A stretch of 63,985 nt of DNA, the filler included, from Phoronis australis (taxonomy: Eukaryota; Animalia; Phoronida), in NCBI GenBank assembly GCA_002633005.1. It is 7 parts of 7 records of this genome, joined end to end, with 100 filler letters (N's around TTAATTAATTAA, not from the genome) between each part and the next. Parts side by side here need not be neighbours in the genome. Positions count along the whole stretch, not along the records: positions 54,222 to 59,534 come from NMRA01002366.1; positions 59,635 to 61,734 come from NMRA01003852.1; positions 61,835 to 63,985 come from NMRA01003827.1; 4 more parts are not named here. One strand, written 5' to 3'. The position numbers and the translations under genes are program-made. Shown piece by piece: positions 54,122 through 63,985 of this stretch; position 1 is the first letter of the stretch, and each line of letters opens with the position of its first letter. The notes below the pieces were generated by a model. That model was not told the DNA's origin and ran no database searches. It worked only from the letters and a program-made list of their open reading frames with translations.

Positions 54122-57100
54122 NNNNNNNNNNNNNNNNNNNNNNNNNNNNNNNNNNNNNNNNNNNNTTAATTAATTAANNNNNNNNNNNNNNNNNNNNNNN
54201 NNNNNNNNNNNNNNNNNNNNNTATAACACAAAAATTCTATTTCAAATGTGTATATTATTTACAAGTTCATGTATAAGAGTTTAATCACACAATCAAAGGT
54301 AACAGTTTATAAGACTTCTAAGTAGCTCATCACACTCAAACAGTAGCGATCAGCTACGTAACACTTATGTATTACACGTCAGCCTCATGGTGGTCACTCT
54401 GGCTACGTGAGCAAACGAACCCTACCAAGGAATCTGGATATGTCGCAGCATGCATCTAATGCCTTCGATAACAACAGAAAGGAACTGCCTTCAGTAGACA
54501 CAAGACACTGGAGAAAAAAGCTAGCATTGATCACGTGCTTTGCTGCTCATGCACTCTAGCATTATCTCGCAAAGACTTCATTGGTCCTGTGTTTTCGCAC
54601 CTTATTTCTTGCATTTACGAACGCAGGTTTGGATTTGACAATTCCTAAGTAAGTTGGGCTAACTATAGTCAGTTACTCATAGGCAGATGAGAAACTAACA
54701 AGACTACAGAGCCGGGGACAGACGTACCACCAGGTGTCAGGACACGAGATGGTATCATGCAGCATATCTTTGAAACTATAGTTTATGATAGAATAACCAT
54801 TTAAACATTAAATGCGTGGTCCACACAACAACATGACAGGTGAGTTACAAAAATATAGACCTCTCAATCAAAGAGGACACCTTATGACTTTAATGTCACG
54901 ATTTTAGTACAGTTGAAAAAACGTGCACAACTCAGATTCAACCAAAATAAGAGAGTTAATACAAATAAGGAATAATCTGTCTGAACAGTTTCTGGAGGGT
55001 AAAGCACACTAACTAGAACTGGACCACAAAGCCTTGTTCCGCAAAAACGTGACGTGTTAGTCTGATTTATGCAAAAAACTCTGTATTTAGCTCCTAAAGT
55101 ATGAAAATATATACACAAAGCAAAATTTCTTCTGCAATAAAACCTTTCCCTATCACAACATGAGATATCTGTCAGTAATTGGTTAACAAGGGATAGACTC
55201 TGATAAAAGACATTTTCACCTCCTATAGAGAGTCTATCGAGATGCCAGTGTAAACAAGCACAGCACCTCTATACCATTCAACATCCTTGGACTATATAAT
55301 TAAATTAAAAACAAACAACAAGTTGAGTACTACCAAATAAATAACATAACAAGAACATTTCGCCACTGACCAGTTAGCAAACCTCCAGTTGCATTGTTAA
55401 ATAGTAACTGGATTTAATCAAAGATCAATGTACGACAATGAATCCCAGCAAAAGATTGAGCTCTCCTGAAAAGTTTGTTTACAACTTTACAACTCTGTAA
55501 AATGGTAAAACAGAACAACGTGAATCAACCAACATTGACTGAGGTCTTCACCTGCTTAAAATGCATCATATTGCCCCAAATTTAGATTGCTTAAACATAC
55601 GAAACTATCTGATATTTGAATGTACATATCGAAATCTAAAAGACACTTCAATTAAAGTGAAACACAAAAGTTTTTTATGTTAGTTTAGTAAAATAACAGA
55701 TCTGTTGTTATCAAGTAGATACCTTGCTTGATGGTAATTGCTGTTCCCCTGGTGTCAGCATTGCAAACTATCCATGGAACAACAGGTTGTGAAGTGAACA
55801 ACTGGGCAAAGGCCTGCACCTTGGTTGCGCATTCACTTCCAATGGTAATATACAATTACGCAAACTACGACTTGCAACTGAACATAGTCCATGTTGATCA
55901 TTCATGCTTTCTCAAAGGACCAAGAAGTTGGCCTTCCGCTGGGCTGTCTACATCACTTAATATTGCTTCATGGACAGTAAATATATGCCAGGGGAACACT
56001 AATTATGAAGCAAGGTGTCTAGGAGAGAACCAGGATCTGTACTGTTAATAAAAAATAATATCAAATTGAACAGTTACTTTCCCCTTTAACTTTAAAATAG
56101 ATGGGGTAGTTGTTCGAGAAATTACAAAATCAGTTGATTGGTACAGCCCTTAACCACGAACAGAATCTCGATTTACCTTACATACAATAATACGTTTCAA
56201 ACACCAAAGAACTCCCGTGTTTTTTCATTGGGGAGTTTGCAAATGCTTCATTAAAACCTCGATTTAGTAACACAATACACAAAACACGCAATAAAAGTGA
56301 TATCCCTTAGGTCTTCATAGGTATGATATTGGATACACCTATTCAACTATCATGCAATACACAGTGTCATATTCCAAATTCAAAACCACATTACGAAGTA
56401 AATTCAAAATGGTATTACGGATATTAAATTTCGAAACCGCATTACAGAGTAAACTTTAAATATCTGTGAAACGTACAGCCCGGCTATAAACATGAGGTTT
56501 TAAAGAATTTTAACCAATTTTTCACATTCTACAAAGTGAGTTTGATGCAATCATGGCAAGAGTGCACCAGTGAAAGTCAAGTATTCCATGAGTAAGCTCA
56601 CAACTTTACTCGAGTACTCTAGCAAAATGGCCGCCACCAAGGTGATTGATCTGTGAGACTGAAATATTGATCACAAACATCTTAAGTGTGGCTTGCACGC
56701 CACCTACTGGCCACATCATGGAACCTAGTGAGAGGTTGAATTATCAATAGCAGGTTTCCAAGCGATAAACTTCTCACTGCAAGTGTTTAGCATTACAGTG
56801 CACTACCCTGGTTTTGTTTAACAACAGAAGTACATGACAGCTGAAAACCACATATCAACTAAAAGTTATAACCATTCTAAGCTCTGGAAGTGAATCAGAA
56901 TAATTAAGATGCACAGTCACAAAACTGTGAAATCAATTCCGCTTCATTATAAGCAATTATTTCTAAAACCCTCAGTGGTGTTTCTGCTCATTTCACCATG
57001 GAAACACTTTATTATCGATCAGATTGGTTACGCCTTATTGTGGAAGAGACCTTTGGTAAACACGTCTCCATGAAAACACTTTATTATCAATAAGACGGAG

Positions 57101-58815
57101 TCCTCCATAGTAAGGAAGTGACGTTTGCAGAGCCTACAGGCACAAAACCTGCAGCTAGTCATAATATAATAGGTAAGACAGTTCAATAAAATTGGAAAAT
57201 AAAATACATCTAAAAGCAGGCAATGAACAGAAGGCAACAAATTTTTCAGTTAGTAGTCAGAGACCGAGTCTCACTTTGTAACTCACAACACCATTCATCA
57301 AAATAAATTTATGGTACACCACAGAATGTTCAAGTTGAAAAAGTAACCATAACCTTTTTACCGATTGCCAAAGAGGCAAAGTCCAAGTAATAAACTCCGA
57401 AATGATTCAGATTGATAAATTAAATTCCACGAATTACTCGCGCATGCATGAATATCAGGTGGGTGTAACAAGATCAAATGAACTGCGCAAGAGGTCGCGA
57501 GGTATATACCTAAAATGGACAGTAAAAAGTGGGAAACTCTGAAGGAAAGCAAGACAACTATTTTATCAACGATAACTGTCATAGCTCAGACTTTTACTGC
57601 TTCCGGTTTTTTACAAATTCAGGCAATCACTGTTATGCCTCTACCCTGATTAAAAATGATGGTAGTAACAATGCTTTTTTTGGTGAAAATTCAGCATTTA
57701 GGTAGTTATCATAGGCATATAAATACGAATGGTCATATGATAGCTATAGTCTAGCAAAAAAACTGGCGACGACGGCCCCAAATTAGCAGCAAAATACTAA
57801 AACGTAATAAAATATAGGAATTAAGTTCTAATCAACGTTTTTACGCTGTGACTGTAACTATTGAAAGAACTGAATGTTGTGCGTATGTAATACCCTGTTG
57901 CCATGGTTTCAGGAATAGGTACCTAACTGAGCAGAAGCTCCACAACATGTTAGTACAACTGTGCTACTGTTTTCACACCTGAGAGAGTATAAGTTCCGCA
58001 TCAGACCGATGAAAACAGATAGTGCATTCAGACTTGGGAATATATCCCATTCGGTGGTTTTCAAACATTTCGTGAATTCTTCGTTAAAGACACACAAACA
58101 AAGCAGTAAATGTGAAGACCCACTTTGTAATAAGCGAAGTGAGTGGTAAAAGTATTTAAAAGCATTTAAAATGTAATCAGGTGCTCATCCCTTCATCGGC
58201 ATGGCAGAACTTTAAAACAAACATATGAAAGAAAAGGGAACTCTGCTGCAGATCAAGGAGTCTACAGGTCCCCTCCTCACTGAGCCCACTATCTATGCCT
58301 ACCGCAGGGATACCCTGGTCATGATCTCATATCGCATACTACTTGAAAATTAAGACACACCTGTTGGTACAATACATGTACCATGCTTGAGCCTTAATGC
58401 AATAACTGTCATGTGAACATCATTAGATTAAGAGAAATAAAAATCACGATGAATTAGTTTCTTCTGAAGTAGACGAGACAATGGAAATTTATCATAGACA
58501 TAGTACGTAATATTTTCCAAAACATGTTCTAAGTGTCCCCACCCTTTGTCCGTGTTTGCAGAAGTGAACACCTGTTGGCCCAAACAATGAGGAAAAAACA
58601 GTGACGGCCAGAACGTTTCATTTTGGTTATTTTTGTATATTTTCGCTGTCTTAACCGCCTTAGTCAGCATGACATGCACATCCCTTAAGACCCAGATTTA
58701 CCCCATTTGTGAAACCCGTGAATACAACGGAGAGAGACCAACAACAGCAACTAAGACGAATATACAAGCCATCATCATCATGACCTCGTACATATTCATA
58801 AGGCAGACTGTGACA

Positions 58816-59027
58816 TCATGCATATTCATCGGGCAAATTGTGAACCATCTCAATGACCAGCCGCTGCATAGATGCACTTCGTTCTTTTGTAGTTTCCAAT
58901 ACTTCTTCGTGATTGGCCGCCCGCTGGTCGTCATAATTGGTCACGCACTCGTTGGTTACCATGGAGATTCCAAAACACCGCATTCCGCAATGTGTTGCGG
59001 CGATTACTTCAAACACAGTACTCATAC
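58816..59027 (-). CDS. PNP: Purine nucleoside phosphorylase, terminal exon
   Basis: TTTTCAG|GT ATG; GMSTVFEVIAATHCGMRCFGISMVTNEC...ANHEEVL matches the trimeric PNP C-terminus; TGA at 58816. Confidence 0.92.
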
Positions 59028-59441
59028 CTGAAAATCAAGCAGACTCTGTGTTGAACCATTACCAGCTTTTAAAACGATGAAGATTAAAAAAATGTCAAAG
59101 TCGGTATATATGTTGCCATCAATTTTGTTAATTAAATACAGGGTTTTATTATTTTTTGTCCTTTTACGTACTTAATATTTCACCCCAAAGTCTTGAAACA
59201 AGTGTTCAAGCATAAGTTCCAACACATTCAGCAGAAAATAAGTAGAAAATTATAGACATTGATAACATAATTTTAGAAATGTCCACTTGAAAATAGTTGT
59301 ATTTATACATAATCAAAATAAGCCGACTATAATAAATGATTTTTTCAGGATTTGCCATTGTAATCTTAGTAAAGCTAGGACAGTGATGTTAAGTCTTGTT
59401 GTATCTACAATACAGTTTGCATCAAGAAAGCAACAACATGG

Positions 59442-59534
59442 AATACTGGTTGGTCTGTTAACATGCAATACTGGTTGGTCTGTTAACATGCAATACTGGT
59501 TGGTCTGTTAACATGCAATACTGGTTGGTCTGTT
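59442..59534. repeat. 25-bp minisatellite running into a gap
   Basis: AATACTGGTTGGTCTGTTAACATGC, ~4 copies. Confidence 0.92.
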
Positions 59535-59634
59535 NNNNNNNNNNNNNNNNNNNNNNNNNNNNNNNNNNNNNNNNNNNNTTAATTAATTAANNNNNNNNNN
59601 NNNNNNNNNNNNNNNNNNNNNNNNNNNNNNNNNN

Positions 59635-60400
59635 AATTTGCATGTATATGCTTACTTTGTAGAAGACGTTTGACGATGATTTTCCGACGATTTCGACTAC
59701 TGTGGCGCCTCCTAGTGGCAGTTTTGTTTTTTTTGCGCCTATGGCTGTATATCCTAAACCGTTCACAGGATCTTTACCACATTGTGTAAGTATATTTATA
59801 TGATGTTAACAACGAAAGTTGATGACTTTTGGACGGATCCGACTACCGGTGTGCCCCCTAGTGGCAATTTTATTTTTTTTACGCTTACCTTTGTATCTTC
59901 ACAAGTCCTTAATGGATTTTCATGAAATTTGGTATGTAGGCACCTATTAGTGAGATGACGTTATCCTACCGTTTTCAGATGGATTTGACATAGTTTGCGC
60001 CACCTAGTGGCCATTTTTAGTGTTTTCGAGTCTGTTTTTGTGCGTCCACTCCTCTATCAACCAAACCGCTCAAAGGGTGATTGTGAAAATTGCCGTGTAT
60101 GTGCTTACTATAAGGAAGGCAGCTGACAATGATTGCAGACGGTTTGGACTACTGTGGCGCCTCCTAGTGGCAGTTTTGTTTTTTTGCGCCCATGGCTGTA
60201 TCTCCCAAACCATTTGCAAGTTTTTTTTTTTTGCGCCCATGGCTGTATCTCCCAAACCGTTTGCAGGATCTTTACTAAATTTAGCAAGTGTATTTATGTG
60301 ATGTTGACATCGGACGATGACGACTTTAGGATGATTCTGACTACCGGTATGCCTCTAGTGGCAATTTAAGTATTTTACATTGACCTCAGTATTTTCATAG
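59635..60400. repeat. Second copy of the CTACTGTGGCGCCTCCTAG repeat family
   Basis: Similar to 9571-10430. Confidence 0.75.
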
Positions 60401-61163
60401 GTCTTCAGGTGTATGCTTTGTGTTACTTCGTGACTATGAAGGAAAAGTTCCAAGTAGAAATTTGTTTCTGGCAGTCTAATGCTGTGCTAATCTCGTATGT
60501 TGGTAAATTTGCTTTTAATTCTATGTTTCTGTGGTGCTTTAAGCAACTGATGTATAGGATGTGCTTGTATTATGAAGATCAATCACATTTTGCCCCTAGC
60601 CTATTGAGGAAACAATGACCATGCCTTTCCATTTTGCAAAGTACAACACTACATATATGCCCTCTACTGGCCACTTTATGGTACCAATAAACAACCCTAG
60701 AAGGATACCGTATACGGTGCAATTGTGGACGCATTTCAACGCTCTGCGTTGCTCTTGTTTCATTTCTCACAGACTTCGTAACTTTACTGTGAAAGCTTAC
60801 AGTTTCTCAAAATGTTGTCTGGTGGTAGCTATATGGTAACGAAATTAGAATTGATAAACCACATATTTGGTGCTACTTAACTTTTATGGAAAAAAAATTC
60901 ATTTGTGTGTCATACCGTGCCCTAAATAGGTGAAGTTTTACTGTAATTTTAGAAACGAACTAAACTTGGTTGCTTACGTACTTTTGTGCTATATAAGTGT
61001 TGCAGCACTGAATATGAACAGTTTGTGTCAGATGGACTCTGAGTAATTTATTCTTTATCTCAGATTGATTGTTAGCATAAATGTAGATAACATATCAAAA
61101 ACAATTACCGTGTTGCCAATCTTTTTTTGAAATTAAACATGAAAAATGTACTTGGTTGTGTAG

Positions 61164-61348
61164 AGTATACAGCCATCGCGCACTGGTGGGCAAACTGTGA
61201 CATGGAACTGGTGACGGCTAGCAGAGAGGATGGTGATAAGCTGTTGAAGTATGTTGGTACTGAACACGCTGTGGTCATCATGAATCACAAGTATGACATT
61301 GATTGGCTTATTGGCTATATGATCATCGAGCGAATGAAATACTTGGGG
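61164..61348 (+). CDS. Internal exon of an AGPAT3/AGPAT4-like lysophospholipid acyltransferase
   Basis: TGTAG|AG acceptor and GGG|GTAAG donor; WWANCD...GTEHAVVIMNHKYDIDWL...IER..LG carries the catalytic NHx4D motif. Confidence 0.88.
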
Positions 61349-63562
61349 GTAAGCTTTTACTGGCAGTATAGTAGCATTGCTTTAAAGATTCTCTTGCTCC
61401 CTGTAGGGATATACATTTGTGATTTGAATGTGTGCTCACTTCCTTGTGAGTATTCATTGATATGATGTTACTCGTAGTCGAAGATATGCTAAAATTTTAA
61501 GGTTATGTTTGAATGTTTCATGTAGTATACTTATCTCATCAATTCTACATTGAACATTGTTGTAACTATTCCCACTTAATGTAATCTCATGTTATTGGTA
61601 AATGTGGGTAGTGGTTTTTAAAACAGATTTCTTGGTTTACGTAGTAATGAAACAATCGTGCATTCCAAATTATCTTTGAACAACATTTTGCTGAGGTTAC
61701 AATTTGATTGCCATCTATTCGTTTTCTTTTCATCNNNNNNNNNNNNNNNNNNNNNNNNNNNNNNNNNNNNNNNNNNNNTTAATTAATTAANNNNNNNNNN
61801 NNNNNNNNNNNNNNNNNNNNNNNNNNNNNNNNNNGGCTGCTGGTCGGCTAGACGACCGGTCGACGGCCGTGATGTGTGCAAGGATTGCTCTTTTGCTCAG
61901 ATGATATTCGATATTTTATCAGAAAAAATAAAGTAGAGCTTTAAGACCAAATTGTTATCTTACCAAAAAGCAATTTCTGTCTTAAGTCTTTGATCACTTT
62001 TCATGAAATAGACCCCAAAGAATTAAAAAATCACATCTACCGTCGTTGAGTTGTCATATTACATGCATGTAATATGAAAGCAGCTTGGAAAACCTGATGT
62101 TCGTGATCTTTTGTTTCTGGGCACTGTATCGTGAATTGTTCAGGTTAATTATGGAATATTTCCGGAGTTCAGTTTGATCTACACAAAATTGGAGAAACTT
62201 TATTTTCATACTCCGTTTGCGAGGAAGACCTACATTTTTATATGTCGCGATGTCTTCTAGCTTAGGGCCTTTGGTTAAATGACGCAATGTCATTACTTGA
62301 CTGTTTTACATTTGAAATACTTGTATATATTTCTGTACTGTAATTCCATCATTAATTAATGGTATTTCTACATGTATATGTACGAAGGAAATGTAATGCT
62401 TTGACAGAACGCGTGCATGCTCATACGAAGACAGAATTTGTTCATCCGAAAGCAACATAATTTTGACAGGATACCCAATGTAGTCATTAACGTAGGCCAG
62501 TAAATGGCCAGCACAGTAGACCGTTAAAGTTGTTGAATTTTCTTTTTACCATTTCGGGAAGTTTTGAATACCTTGCAAATGAAACTAGACAACATTTTAC
62601 CAGTATCCTAATCTTTTGGTTTTATTTATTAGTCACATATTTTTAAACATCAAAATAAATGTTGACAAAATTCAACTACAGTCTTACACCCACAAAATAT
62701 CCACGTGACGTTTCTACCCACAATGCAACGATTACACATAAATACAGTACGCAGATTTCTGCATGGAGTTCGTGTGTGTGGGTAAATATATAATTTCACC
62801 AGAACTTATAATTCTTCCCTCCACAGAGGATTGTATGGTTTACTCGCACTTCCGCTATCATGCTGTACAAGTCAAGGTCAAGCAACTGGCATCGAGCATT
62901 TGCAAATGACGGGATAAAATTCAAAGGAGGTGGATACTGAAATCTTGGTGACCTCGACGATCAATCAGGCACCTTGGGAAAAATGATTTAAGTTATCGCA
63001 GCCAGATAGTGGATAGGATCTGCTGAACTCTCAGCACTGAACCTTCGCAAAATACTGGACAGTTGGTGTGCAATGTCTGGGCGACCTGTAAAGACACAAC
63101 GTGAAACGTGAATTACATATCATTTGCACACAATCCCTCAATGTTAAATCTCTGTGCAAACTTTTAGGTACCTACACGTATACGTATACGACGTTCCCTT
63201 CGACGTATCTGCACAGAGTCTCGCTGCACAAGTATCGTTGTTTCTGCCGCTGGCACCCGCTTTCTTCTATGACGCTTTGTACATTGTTGGTTTTCTCGGA
63301 TGGGAAACTGAAGAAGCGCACAGCCCATTAAGTTTCAAAGAGTTCCCACCATGAACCTGTGTCTCAAAAAGAATTTTATTAATACATCTTAGGTGATCTA
63401 ATAGCCTTTAGTATACCTGTTGCTAAGAAACAAGCCAAAAACTTAAAACAAATATATTTTTTTTCTGTNATGGGTGTAACACCGTCCCCGCCGTTGTTGT
63501 TTTTGCCAGAGCGATACTGAGGAGTTGTGAGCATAGTCCGTGGAGAGCCGCCTTTTTCAGAC

Positions 63563-63800
63563 ATGAAAATGTGCTTTTGTGGAGGCTGTAGTAACAGAAA
63601 CTTGACTGAGAACGTTTCTGTGTTTGAATTTCCTAAATGCGTGAAAGTTGCACAGAAATGGCATCGGTTTGTCCTCCACACGAGAGTGTGGAATTTCATT
63701 GTGGAGCGTACGATTTTCAGTTGGGAGCCACAATTTATTCGGCTCATTTCAAGGAATCGTGTTTCGACCAAACATAAAAAATGGAGTTACGATGAAAGAC
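63563..63800 (+). mobile_element. THAP-domain remnant
   Basis: CFCGGCSNRN...VSVFEFPK...AQKWHRFV..TR; the adjacent 63380-63600 is an inverted relative of 24495-24720. Confidence 0.5.
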
Positions 63801-63985
63801 TCGTCACCTTGTAAGTGTACTCACAAATACCATTAATAATGGACAAACTGCTTCCTTTAATTCTAGGGCGAATGATGCCAGGCCCAGATCAACTGCTACG
63901 ACGTAGGCTTATGCATTGTGTTTAGACCGAGCTCATTCCATCATGGCAATAGCGAATACGAGTAGCCCAAGTTTACTGTGACCTT

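Overview
AT-rich, intron-containing animal DNA, probably from a marine invertebrate (inferred from TE content and abundant TACATGTA). It is a draft scaffold with six artificial N-TTAATTAATTAA-N gap linkers. The main signal is a tandem pair of intact minus-strand genes that the ORF track misses, because the zinc-deaminase active site is split by a phase-2 intron. One exon encodes a signal peptide plus HAE; the next encodes SPCxxC. Spliced by hand, they give ~219-aa and ~217-aa secreted AID/APOBEC-like (SNAD-type) cytidine deaminases, ~83% identical, with matching candidate 5' non-coding exons/promoters. The terminal exon of gene A occurs twice around a single N, and all four exonic differences I count change amino acids. 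The rest is mostly TE debris: a Gypsy remnant with integrase C-terminus, PHD finger, C2H2 finger and TatD nuclease; a BEL/Pao element with LTRs; a second Gypsy; Tx1/L1, CR1 and Penelope fragments; Kolobok/THAP, Harbinger and MITEs. There are also single exons of purine nucleoside phosphorylase (minus) and an AGPAT3/4-like acyltransferase (plus). All alignments and counts were made by eye.
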